In this document: one piece after another, positions 1 to 9,782 of the stretch
How the letters are laid out: the number at the start of each line of letters is the position of its first letter
Position numbering within the stretch: position 1 is the stretch's first letter
NCBI GenBank assembly: GCA_963716255.1
Contig: OY970303.1
Span: 160,001 to 224,000, forward strand
DNA: 64,000 bases
Reading direction: 5' to 3'
From: an uncultured Gemmatimonadales bacterium
GTDB lineage: Bacteria; Gemmatimonadota; Gemmatimonadetes; Longimicrobiales; Longimicrobiaceae
Program-made: the position numbers and the translations under genes
Notes under the pieces: model-generated
Database searches by the model: none
The model's input: the letters and a program-made list of their open reading frames with translations, nothing else
What the model was told of the DNA's origin: nothing

Positions 1-1164
1 CTGGGGCTGGGGAACGTGGAGGGCGACCCGGTGGAGGCCATGGAGGAGTTCCTGGACACCGAGGCGCGCGACGGCTTCACCGACCGCTACCTGGACGTGC
101 CGCTGGACCTTTCGGACGTGTTCTTCATCGCCACGGCCAACGACTTCTTCCGCATCCCGCGCGACCTGCGCGAGTACTTCATCGAGATCCGCATCGCCGG
201 CTACACGCCGGAGGACAAGGTGCAGATCGCCCGCAAGCGGCTCTTCCCGCGCATGGCGGAGGAGCACGGCTTCGCCGCGGACGAGGTCGCCATCCCGGAC
301 GAGGTGCTCCTCTTCCTCACCCGGGGCTACGCGCGCGACGCCGGGCTGGGGAACCTGCGCCGCTCGCTGGCCGCCATCTTCCGCTGGCTGGCGCGCGCCA
401 AGGCGGAGGGCGAGGGCGAGCAGTGGGAGGTGACGCGGGAGATGATCGAGGAGGTCCTGGGCTATCCGCGCTACACGGCCACGGCGGCGGAGAGCGCGCC
501 GGAGGTGGGGGTGGTGACGGGGCTGGCGTGGACGGCCTCGGGCGGGGAATTGATGTTCATCGAGGCGCTGAAGATGCCCGGGACGGGCCGCCTGATCATC
601 ACCGGGCTGCTGGGCGACGTGATGCGCGAGTCGGTGAACGCGGCGTACTCGTACGTCCGCTCCCGCGCGCAGGCCCTGGGGATCGCCACCAGCGCCTTCA
701 ACGACAACGACATCCACGTCCACTTCCCCCTGGGCGCGACGCCCAAGGACGGTCCCTCCGCGGGCGTGGCGGTGACGCTGGCGATCGCCTCGTCGCTTTC
801 CGACCGGGCGGTGACGCACGACATCGCCATGACGGGCGAGGTGACGCTGCGCGGCAAGGTCCTGGAGATCGGCGGGGTCAAGGAAAAGACGCTGGCGGCG
901 TACCGCGCCGGGCTGCGCCAGGTGGTCCTCCCCACCGGCAACCGCCGCGACCTCCGCGACGTGCCGGAGGACGTCAAGGAAGGGATGACCTTCCACTTCG
1001 TGGACCGCATGGACGAGGTGTTCGACCTGTGCCTGCTGGAAAAGGAGGCGCGCGGGGGGCGGCGGCGGGGCGGGATGGGCCGCGGCGGCGTGGGGCCGCA
1101 GGCCACCGCGGACGGGGAGCCGGAGGGCGCGGGCGCGGAGGAGATGGCGGCGGACGGGGACTGA
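1..1164 (+). CDS. lon: Lon protease (S16), 5'-partial: end of AAA+ module and protease domain
   Basis: DRYLDVPLDLSDVFFIATAN, GLAWTASGG, catalytic PKDGPSAG and GGVKEK motifs; frame open from base 1. Confidence 0.9.
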   Translation: MGLGNVEGDPVEAMEEFLDTEARDGFTDRYLDVPLDLSDVFFIATANDFFRIPRDLREYFIEIRIAGYTPEDKVQIARKRLFPRMAEEHGFAADEVAIPDEVLLFLTRGYARDAGLGNLRRSLAAIFRWLARAKAEGEGEQWEVTREMIEEVLGYPRYTATAAESAPEVGVVTGLAWTASGGELMFIEALKMPGTGRLIITGLLGDVMRESVNAAYSYVRSRAQALGIATSAFNDNDIHVHFPLGATPKDGPSAGVAVTLAIASSLSDRAVTHDIAMTGEVTLRGKVLEIGGVKEKTLAAYRAGLRQVVLPTGNRRDLRDVPEDVKEGMTFHFVDRMDEVFDLCLLEKEARGGRRRGGMGRGGVGPQATADGEPEGAGAEEMAADGD

Positions 1165-1182
1165 AATTGCTGGATGATCGAC

Positions 1183-1216
1183 AGCGGGGGCGGCCGGTGA
1201 TCCGGCCGCCCCCGCT
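1183..1216. terminator. Hairpin between convergent genes (likely bidirectional terminator)
   Basis: Perfect 15-bp stem AGCGGGGGCGGCCGG-TGAT-CCGGCCGCCCCCGCT. Confidence 0.7.
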
Positions 1217-1239
1217 TCGTTCGTCGCCGCGAGGCGGGA

Positions 1240-2424
1240 TCAGTGGCTGTTCAGGAATGCGATGGGATCGTGGTACCTCGCCGTGACGTAGCTCTGCGAC
1301 TGCCCGCAGGGGAACGCGTTGGCGGCCATGCTCACCTTGCGGATCTCGAAGTGAAGGTGAGCGTCGAGGCTGCCATCGCCCTTGCCCACCGTCCCGATCT
1401 GCTGCCGGCGGGCTACGTTCGAGCCCGTCCCTACAAGCCGGGTGTCGAGGTGGCCATACTGCGACCAGACCTTGCTCCCGTCCGGCAGCGTGTGCTCCAG
1501 CAGGATGACGTTGCCCCAGGTTCCTCCGTACGTCCCCGATGCGACGACCACCCCGTCCGCCGTCGCGTATACGGGCTGCCCGCGGTCCTGATCACTCGAC
1601 GTCCCGTCCTTGTTCATGTCCACTGCCGGGTGGTACACCAGACCGCAGGTCCCACCGTAATTGTACGGTTGCAGCCACCAGAGCCCGTTCCGGTTGTTGA
1701 GCCAGCCGGCCCCGTCCGCCGCACCGACCGGGTAGTCGAACGCCGCGGTGGACCCGCAGGACGTGGTGGCCGCCTGGAGCGTGGCCTGCGGAAGGTAGGA
1801 GGTGAACTCCGCGTCGGTGACGCTCACCACCTCGGCCGACGACCGGCAGTGCGACGTCAGCACGGCCTCGCTGGAAATCCCGAGCGCTCCGCCGTGGTAG
1901 GTGACCCACCGGACTTCCGGGCCGGTCCCCCGGATCAGCGTCCCCGCCTTGCGGAGCCGGAACGCGCGCGCCGCCGGTCCGTCCGGGAGCGACTTCAGCA
2001 CGGCGTCGGGGACGGTCACCAGCCGGCCCCAGTTCTGGTCCCCGAACAGCGCCTCGTAGGTCGAAGGGTCCGGGATCCCGGACCGGACGCATCCCACCAC
2101 GATGTAGGACGTGGGATCCGCGGAATTGTCGGACTTGAGGGGGGCGTCGCCCCTCAGCCAGGCGTTCGCGTTGACCGACGGGAGGACCCGGCGCTCCCCG
2201 GCCGGCAGCGATGCGACCTGGCGCACGACGCTGCGGCGGGACCCGGTGCATGCGTCGAGGGTGGCCTGGTCCGGGTACTCGTACAGCCGGCCGCCGTAGA
2301 CGAGGAACACGGCGGGCTGGCCCTGGACCTGGATGTGCTCTCCGTCGGCCTGGGCCGCAGCCGCTCCCGACGCGGCGCAGACCGCGGTCAGAACGCCCAG
2401 CAGAGTAGATGAGATCCTTCTCAT
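1240..2424 (-). CDS. Secreted M23 metallopeptidase with N-terminal ~200-aa three-repeat domain
   Basis: Signal peptide; C-terminal YHPAVD (HxxxD) and AHLHFEI (HxH), G-x-PVYATADGVV; RBS AGGAAGG. Confidence 0.88.
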   Translation of the reverse strand: MRRISSTLLGVLTAVCAASGAAAAQADGEHIQVQGQPAVFLVYGGRLYEYPDQATLDACTGSRRSVVRQVASLPAGERRVLPSVNANAWLRGDAPLKSDNSADPTSYIVVGCVRSGIPDPSTYEALFGDQNWGRLVTVPDAVLKSLPDGPAARAFRLRKAGTLIRGTGPEVRWVTYHGGALGISSEAVLTSHCRSSAEVVSVTDAEFTSYLPQATLQAATTSCGSTAAFDYPVGAADGAGWLNNRNGLWWLQPYNYGGTCGLVYHPAVDMNKDGTSSDQDRGQPVYATADGVVVASGTYGGTWGNVILLEHTLPDGSKVWSQYGHLDTRLVGTGSNVARRQQIGTVGKGDGSLDAHLHFEIRKVSMAANAFPCGQSQSYVTARYHDPIAFLNSH

Positions 2425-2605
2425 GACTTCCTTCCTGGTTGAATGCCGTTGAAGCGGGGTTCGACTCCCGACAAGCCGCTCTCCCGGGGGATGCCTCCTG
2501 GTTCTGGAACCGGAGGCCGGCCGATCCGGGCCTGATTCTCATCCTGTCATGGGTTCCTCCCGTGGCGATGGTGCGCAGGGCACCGGTTTGCGTGCCGACG
2601 GGAGA

Positions 2606-2670
2606 AGCATAATTTTTGACTCGCACGGATCTCGCACACATTCCGCACTTCGCTCGCACCTTCACCGCAC
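2606..2670 (-). promoter_or_regulatory. SARP-type operator/promoter for the M23 gene: five heptamers at 11-bp period plus -10 TATGCT
   Basis: Plus-strand heptamers CTCGCAC 2620, CTCGCAC 2631, TCCGCAC 2642, CTCGCAC 2653, ACCGCAC 2664; minus-strand TATGCT at 2611-2606, 8 nt after the last heptamer. Confidence 0.75.
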
Positions 2671-2700
2671 CCCATAAAGCCCCCGGGTTTTCACGCGCCG

Positions 2701-4362
2701 ATGGCCCGCCCGACGCCCGCTCCACGGCTCTTTCTGCGAACTCTAGGCGCACCTGCGCTCCTCGCCGATGCCTCCGAGTCCACGCTGCGGCGCAAGGATC
2801 TCGCACTCCTCGTCTACCTGCGCGTCGAGTCCGCGAGCCCGCACTCCCGCAGCACCCTCGCGTCACTGCTGTGGGCGGAGAACACCGAGCGCGAGGCCAG
2901 GCACTCACTTTCGCAGACGCTGGGGCGGCTGCGGGGAATCGTGGGGAACGACGCTTTCGCGACGTCGCGGGAGCTCGTCGGCTGGGCGGGCAGGCTGTCG
3001 TGCGACGCGGTACGCCTGGAGGAGATCGCGGGGAGCGAGTCCGTGGGCGACGAGATGCTCCGCCTTTACGGGGGCGACTTCATGGCGGGGTTCAGCCCCG
3101 GGACCGGTGGGGGCGACTTCGAGCGGTGGCTGGAGCAGCGCAGGACGGGATGCCGGGACGTGGCCGTACGGCTGCTCGAGCGCTGCGGCGAGGAAGCCGA
3201 GGAGAAGGAGGAGTGGGACGCCGCCCTGCGGCTGGGTGGGCGGCTGGTGGAGATCGACCCGTTCCGGGAGTCGGGGCACCGGCGCATCATGCGCGCCCTG
3301 CACCGAACCGGCGAGCGGGCGCGCGCGCTTCTACACCTGGAGGCGTACGAGAAGCTGCTGGCGGACGAGATCGGGCTGCACCCTCATGGGGACACGCAGC
3401 GGCTCGCACAGGAGATCCGCGAGTCGGCCGCCGCGGACGATCCCGCCCGGGAGCCGCCCTCCAGGAACCTCCCGGTCCCGCCGCTCCTCCCCGAGCCCAC
3501 GCCGCCCGCGCCGCCATCCGCGCCCGACCCGCCGGCCTCGCGTCCGGAGCGATCTCCGCCCGTGATCCCCCTCTCCGAGCCGCCGTCGCTTCCTGCCGAC
3601 GCTCCGGAGTCCGCCCGGCCACACCCACGCCGCCGCCGAGCGCCCACTGTCCTGCTGGGAGCGGCCGCGATCGCCGGGCTGATCGCGCTGGCCTGGTGGC
3701 GCAATTCGGGAACACCGGACGACGGCTTCGAGCTCCCGGCGGTGTTGCCGGAGCCGCACAACGGCGAGAGCATCCGGCCACGAGGGGAGGACAGGACGTT
3801 CCTGGTCTTCGGCCGCACGCTCTACGAGTACCCGGACCGGCCGACCCGGGAGGCGTGCACGGGCTCCGGTCCGGGCGTGGTGCGGGACGTCGACGGAGTC
3901 CCGGGGTGGCCCCACGCACGCCTTCCCTCCATCAGGGAGTATCCGTGGCTCAGCGGACGCGTGCCCCTGGTCTCCGACAACCGGGCGGACATCACCGCGC
4001 ACGTGCTCGTGGGGTGCGTACTCGCGGCGATCCCCAGCCGTGAGGTGTTCACCCGGATCTTCGGAGACGCGGGATGGGAGCGGATGGAGATGGTCTCCGA
4101 CTCGGTGCTGAGGTCCCTCCCCAGGATGACGGTGCTGGCGGCGTATCCCCGTCGCCCCGCGGGGACCCTCATCCGCGGCAGCGGGGGCAAGCTGAAGTGG
4201 GTCGTCTTCTACGAGGGCGCGCTGAGCGTGAGCGGCCCGCGGGTGCTCGAGTCCCACTGCCGGTCGGCGGCCCAGGCGATCCGCGTATCGGACGCGGAGT
4301 TCAGCGCGTACCGGGTCCAGGCGCCGCTGCACCGGGCCGCGTCCGCCTGTGCCCCACGCTGA
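2701..4362 (+). CDS. Transmembrane SARP/AfsR-family activator: wHTH + BTAD + Pro-rich linker + TM + extracytoplasmic domain paralogous to the M23 N-terminus
   Basis: LRTLG...LALLVYL...SRSTLASLLW...ARHSLSQTLGRLR (wHTH); LYGGDFMAG...FERWLE...DPFRESGHRRIMRAL (BTAD); RRRR-TVLLGAAAIAGLIALAWW TM. Confidence 0.88.
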   Translation: MARPTPAPRLFLRTLGAPALLADASESTLRRKDLALLVYLRVESASPHSRSTLASLLWAENTEREARHSLSQTLGRLRGIVGNDAFATSRELVGWAGRLSCDAVRLEEIAGSESVGDEMLRLYGGDFMAGFSPGTGGGDFERWLEQRRTGCRDVAVRLLERCGEEAEEKEEWDAALRLGGRLVEIDPFRESGHRRIMRALHRTGERARALLHLEAYEKLLADEIGLHPHGDTQRLAQEIRESAAADDPAREPPSRNLPVPPLLPEPTPPAPPSAPDPPASRPERSPPVIPLSEPPSLPADAPESARPHPRRRRAPTVLLGAAAIAGLIALAWWRNSGTPDDGFELPAVLPEPHNGESIRPRGEDRTFLVFGRTLYEYPDRPTREACTGSGPGVVRDVDGVPGWPHARLPSIREYPWLSGRVPLVSDNRADITAHVLVGCVLAAIPSREVFTRIFGDAGWERMEMVSDSVLRSLPRMTVLAAYPRRPAGTLIRGSGGKLKWVVFYEGALSVSGPRVLESHCRSAAQAIRVSDAEFSAYRVQAPLHRAASACAPR

Positions 4363-4463
4363 GCAGGGCGGTGCAAGCGGAGCACGCCGGGCGAACCGGT
4401 TCCCCGGGGCGGGGTACGGGAGGCGGAGATTCTCCTCGCCCGCGCCCATTTGGGCGGCACGGC

Positions 4464-4491
4464 TTGACTTGCGGCCGGGGTCGTTTAGTTT
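4464..4491 (+). promoter_or_regulatory. Sigma70-like promoter of rpsU
   Basis: TTGACT-16 nt-TAGTTT. Confidence 0.55.
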
Positions 4492-4578
4492 TAAGGGCTG
4501 GAGATTTCCGCACGCGCTCGCCGCGGAGGACCTGTACGCGAACGGCAGGTCTCCTCTTTTATTTACTCTACGAAAGGG

Positions 4579-4797
4579 ATGGACGTGGTCGAGATTCAGC
4601 TCGCCGAGACCGATCGCCTTGACTGGGCGCTCAAGCAGTTCCGCCGCCGGATGATCCGCTCGGGCCTCTTCAAGGACATGCGCCGCAAGCGCTTCTACGA
4701 GAAGCCGAGCGAGGCCCGCAAGGCCAAGGAAAAGGCCGCCGAGCGCCGCCGCCACAAGGACCGGAAGCGCGCCGCGCGCCGCTACGACATCGGTTGA
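4579..4797 (+). CDS. rpsU: 30S ribosomal protein S21 (start may be GTG 4585)
   Basis: ALKQFRR...RRKRFYEKPSEARK signature. Confidence 0.93.
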   Translation: MDVVEIQLAETDRLDWALKQFRRRMIRSGLFKDMRRKRFYEKPSEARKAKEKAAERRRHKDRKRAARRYDIG

Positions 4798-4883
4798 GGC
4801 AAGCCGCGGAAACGAAGAGGCCCGGGCCAATGGCTCGGGCCGTTTCGTGCTGCAGGGCTGAACGGTTTTGTAAATGCGGGTTC

Positions 4884-5011
4884 GGGCGTGCCCCCGGCTG
4901 GCGCCGGGGTCGAGCTTCGGCTCCGTAGGGCTGCAAACAACGCAGCCCAACGGAGTCGAGCCCCCGCAGACTGCGCGGGGTCTCGCCCCTTCGGGCCGAA
5001 ATCCCTCACGC
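4884..5011 (+). repeat. Family A structured intergenic element (candidate ncRNA/REP), copy 1
   Basis: GGGCGTGCCCCCGG...AAACAAC...AATCCCTCACGC; one of 10 copies. Confidence 0.9.
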
Positions 5012-5030
5012 GAGGCCGCCTCCCTCCTGC

Positions 5031-5264
5031 CTACTCCCCGTCCTCCGCGCCCTCCTCCACCTCCCCCGCCCCGCCGGCGTCCCCGCGGTCCGCGAGCCGC
5101 AGCGCCAGCCCCGCCACCAGCACGGCCACCGCCACCAGCACCGCCCAGTCCCGGCCCGTCAGCACGCCCCCGACGAAGAAGCCCGCGCCCAGGAAGAACG
5201 CCGCCATCTTGGCGTACAGGAAGCGGTCCGGGCCGGAGCGCCGGCGGCGGGAGGCGCCCAGCAC
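5031..5264 (-). CDS. Small membrane protein (2 TM)
   Basis: Two hydrophobic stretches; GTG abuts the stop of the upstream hydratase. Confidence 0.6.
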   Translation of the reverse strand: MLGASRRRRSGPDRFLYAKMAAFFLGAGFFVGGVLTGRDWAVLVAVAVLVAGLALRLADRGDAGGAGEVEEGAEDGE

Positions 5265-6038
5265 CTAGCGCGCTCCTTCCAGGAAGCGGCGCACGCCCGC
5301 CTGCATGTCGTCGGTCATGCGCGCGAGCACGTTGAGGTCGGCGCCGGCGCGGACGGCGGCCTCAAAGCCCATGGCGTCCGAGTGGTACAGGAGCCGCTTG
5401 GTGAGCTGCACCGCGGAGGGGCTGCGCTCCGCCAGCTCGGCCAGCAGGGCGTCGGCCTCGGCGGCGAAGGCGTCGTCCGCGACCACGCGGTTGACCAGCC
5501 CGATCCGCTCCGCCTCCGCCGCGGCGATGGGCTGGGCGCGCACGAGGAGATCGAAGGCGCGCTTCTCGGACACGTTGCGGCGCAGGATGGCCATCACCAT
5601 CGCCGGCACGAAGCCGATGCGCACCTCCGGGTAGCCGAACTGCGCGCCCTCGGCCGCGAGCACCAGGTCGCAGGCGGTCGCCAGGCCGCACCCGCCGGCC
5701 AGCGCGCGCCCGCGCACCAGCGCCACCACGGGCTTGCGCATGCGCCGCGGCAGGAGGAACAGCTCCGCCAGCCCCTCCACGTCGTCCAGGTTCTCCATCA
5801 CCCCGCCCTCGGCGATGGTGCGGAGCGCGGAAAGGTCCGCGCCGGAGCAGAAGTCCCTGCCCGCCCCTTCCACCGCCACCACCCGCACCTCGGGGTCGTC
5901 GTCCGCCGCGCGCAGCTCCGCCTTGAGCGCGGCGATCAGCGCGGCGTCCAGCGCGTTGCGCTTGTCCGGCCGGTTCAGCGTGAGCCGCGCGACGCCGCCC
6001 TCGCGCCGGACGAGAAGGACCTCCCCCCCGGCCGTCAC
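5265..6038 (-). CDS. Enoyl-CoA hydratase/isomerase (methylglutaconyl-CoA hydratase-like)
   Basis: LTLNRPDKRNAL, FCSGADL, ALAGGCGL, FGYPEVRIG; GTG overlaps upstream TGA. Confidence 0.88.
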   Translation of the reverse strand: MTAGGEVLLVRREGGVARLTLNRPDKRNALDAALIAALKAELRAADDDPEVRVVAVEGAGRDFCSGADLSALRTIAEGGVMENLDDVEGLAELFLLPRRMRKPVVALVRGRALAGGCGLATACDLVLAAEGAQFGYPEVRIGFVPAMVMAILRRNVSEKRAFDLLVRAQPIAAAEAERIGLVNRVVADDAFAAEADALLAELAERSPSAVQLTKRLLYHSDAMGFEAAVRAGADLNVLARMTDDMQAGVRRFLEGAR

Positions 6039-6397
6039 GCCACCGCCCCGGCCTCGCGGAGCGCCCGCTCCGCCAGCTCGTCCGGCACCTCCACCTCCAT
6101 GCGCAGGATGGCGGTGGAAAGCACCTTTCCCTGCGCGTCGGTCTTCAGCGACACGGTGCCGCCGCCGCCCAGCGCGTTGTGAAGGAGGAAGTTGAGCGCC
6201 TCCAGGTTGGGCAGCTCGAAGCGCTCCACGTCGCCGTGGACGATCCCCGCGAAGTGCTGCTTGACCCGCTCGGTGGTCAGCTGCTCCACCAGCACCGGGT
6301 AGTACTCCGGCCGCAGGGCGATCACCCCCACGTTGGCAGTGTCGCCCTTGTCTCCGGAGCGCGCGTGCGCGAGGTGCAGCAGAAGGACTCGTGCCAT
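6035..6397 (-). CDS. AtuA-like (acyclic terpene utilisation) small ferredoxin-fold protein
   Basis: HARSGDKGDTANVGV and LGGGGTVSLKTDAQGK. Confidence 0.8.
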   Translation of the reverse strand: MARVLLLHLAHARSGDKGDTANVGVIALRPEYYPVLVEQLTTERVKQHFAGIVHGDVERFELPNLEALNFLLHNALGGGGTVSLKTDAQGKVLSTAILRMEVEVPDELAERALREAGAVA

Positions 6398-6409
6398 GAA
6401 AGACCTGGA

Positions 6410-6460
6410 GGGAACAGGGAACAGGGTTTATCGGTTCACGCGAAGCGTGAAGCGCCACAG
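6410..6460. repeat. Family D: short (GGGAACA)n tract plus CGGTTCACGCGAAGCGTGAAGCGCCACAG hairpin
   Basis: Same composite recurs at 25481-25590. Confidence 0.7.
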
Positions 6461-6498
6461 GAAACAGCCTGCCACGACGGTGCGTTCCGGCGGGCTCC

Positions 6499-6660
6499 GT
6501 GTTCAGGGTCGGCCGGGGAAGGCTCCTCCGCCGGTGCGACACCCGAAGGGACTCGCAGAGCACTCGCCCACCGCCCGAGCAAGGGCAGGATCACGCTGGC
6601 TTCGAACAAACGCACCCCCCGCGGACCCTCCCCCGACCTCCCGGCGCAGTTCCCAGAACG
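6499..6660. repeat. Family C ~160-nt structured repeat, copy 1
   Basis: Near-identical to 44990-45153. Confidence 0.85.
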
Positions 6661-6689
6661 GAAACGGCCACGGCCGTGTCGTCGCTGTT

Positions 6690-6735
6690 CTCCCCCTCTC
6701 CCGCTTGCGGGGGAGGGGGCCGGGGGGAGGGGGCC
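6690..6735. repeat. Family B REP-like palindrome CCCTCTCCCGCTTGCGGGGGAGGGG
   Basis: Identical 46-nt copy at 25793-25838. Confidence 0.85.
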
Positions 6736-6739
6736 TCCC

Positions 6740-6867
6740 GCGTGAGGGATTCCGGCCCGAAGGGGCGAGACCCCGCGCAGTTTGCGGGGGCTCGACTCCG
6801 TTGGGCTGCGTTGTTTGCAGCCCTACGGAGCCGAAGCCCGACCCCGGCGCCAGCCGGGGGCACGCCC
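6740..6867 (-). repeat. Family A element, copy 2
   Basis: Reverse complement of the consensus, just downstream of guaB. Confidence 0.9.
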
Positions 6868-6900
6868 GAACCCGCAGTTAATAAGCCGTTCAAGAAGCCG

Positions 6901-8527
<1,627 letters not shown>

Positions 8528-8555
8528 CGCCGCGCCCCCGCCGCCCTCCCGCCTC

Positions 8556-9083
8556 CTATCCGCGCTGCCCCAGCAGGCTGCGGATCCCCGCCGGGAGGAA
8601 GGAGCCGGCGCGGTCCAGCGCCGCCAGCGCGGCCTCCAGGCTTTCCGGGTCGCCGTCCCAGTGGTCCAGCAGGACGTCGATGCCGGCGTTGTTGAGCAGC
8701 CGGTCCAGCGCCAGCGCGATCAGGTACACGTCGTCCACCTGCCCGATGACCGGGAGGTCCGGGAGCAGGTCCACCGGCAAGATCATGTAGCCCAGCGCGG
8801 CCAGGACGATGGCCTTGTCCAGCCGGGACACCCGCGGGTCCACGGCGAGCCTCCCCAGCAGCTTGGCGAAGCTGGGCAGGTCGCGCAGCACCTGCCGCAG
8901 GGTGTCGCCGCGGCCGCCTCCGCCGCCGCTGCTCCCCGCCTCGCGGTCCCGGCGGAAGCGGCGCAGCCGCGGGGCCGGCACGGGCGGGGTCTCCTCCTGC
9001 TCCTGCGGCTCGTCGCCGTCCTCGTCGTCATCGTCGTCGAGGTCGAAGCGGGAGCGGGGGACGTCGTCTCTGTACCTGGCCAT
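8556..9083 (-). CDS. YkvA/DUF1232-family membrane protein
   Basis: DPRV...ALGYMILPVDLLPDLPVIGQVDD. Confidence 0.85.
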   Translation of the reverse strand: MARYRDDVPRSRFDLDDDDDEDGDEPQEQEETPPVPAPRLRRFRRDREAGSSGGGGGRGDTLRQVLRDLPSFAKLLGRLAVDPRVSRLDKAIVLAALGYMILPVDLLPDLPVIGQVDDVYLIALALDRLLNNAGIDVLLDHWDGDPESLEAALAALDRAGSFLPAGIRSLLGQRG

Positions 9084-9089
9084 GAACCG

Positions 9090-9521
9090 TCAGGGGTTGC
9101 GGGGATCCGGCGCGGCCCCGCCCTCGGCGGGGCGGGGTCCGGAGGTGTCGCGGGGGAGGGCGGGCCGGCTCCCCGCCGGGTCCGCGCCCGTGCTGCCGGG
9201 CGCGGCCGGGGCGGCGACGCTCTTCACCCCTTCCTCCACCTCGCGCATCAGCGAGCGTCCCGCCTCCGCCAGCCCGGAGAAGACCCGGTCCGCGGTCCCC
9301 ACGGCGCCCAGGGTGCCGCGGATGGTGCGGATGGTCAGCCCCTGCCCGCGCATCTTGTCCTCCAGCAGCTCGCCGAACTTCTGCAGCGAGGAGGGGGACC
9401 GCGCGGTCTCGCGGGCGTACTTGGAGGCGAGGAACTCCACGTAGTCGAGCGCGTGGTACAGCTGCTCCTCGGGAAGCGCCTCGATGTGGCGCATGAGGCG
9501 TTGGCGGAGCACGTCGTGCAT
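9090..9521 (-). CDS. Hypothetical protein (DUF2281-like N-terminus)
   Basis: IEALPEEQLYHALDYVEFLASKY; RBS GGAGGA. Confidence 0.7.
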   Translation of the reverse strand: MHDVLRQRLMRHIEALPEEQLYHALDYVEFLASKYARETARSPSSLQKFGELLEDKMRGQGLTIRTIRGTLGAVGTADRVFSGLAEAGRSLMREVEEGVKSVAAPAAPGSTGADPAGSRPALPRDTSGPRPAEGGAAPDPRNP

Positions 9522-9782
9522 CGGTGTATCCTCCGTGAAGCGGGACCCGGGACGCGCAGAAACCATGCCGGGCACGGGCGCGCGGGTCCCCGGTGCAATC
9601 TGGACGCCGGGGGCGCCCCCCGCAACGTGCGGGCGCGGCGCACCCCCTGGTACGCGCGCCGGCGCCGCGTTGTTTCCCGGGCGGCCGGCGCATCCGCTCC
9701 GCGATTGACGCCGCCGTGCCGCGGGGCCAAGTTTCCCCCCTGGAGAGCGGTTCCGACGTCCACCCCGGTCCGGACTACGCAC

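Noticed and set aside
4884..5011. Family A as a hammerhead, HDV, twister or pistol ribozyme, or a tRNA
   Set aside because: The conserved catalytic cores (for example CUGAnGA/GAAA) and T-loop/CCA features are not present on either strand by eye
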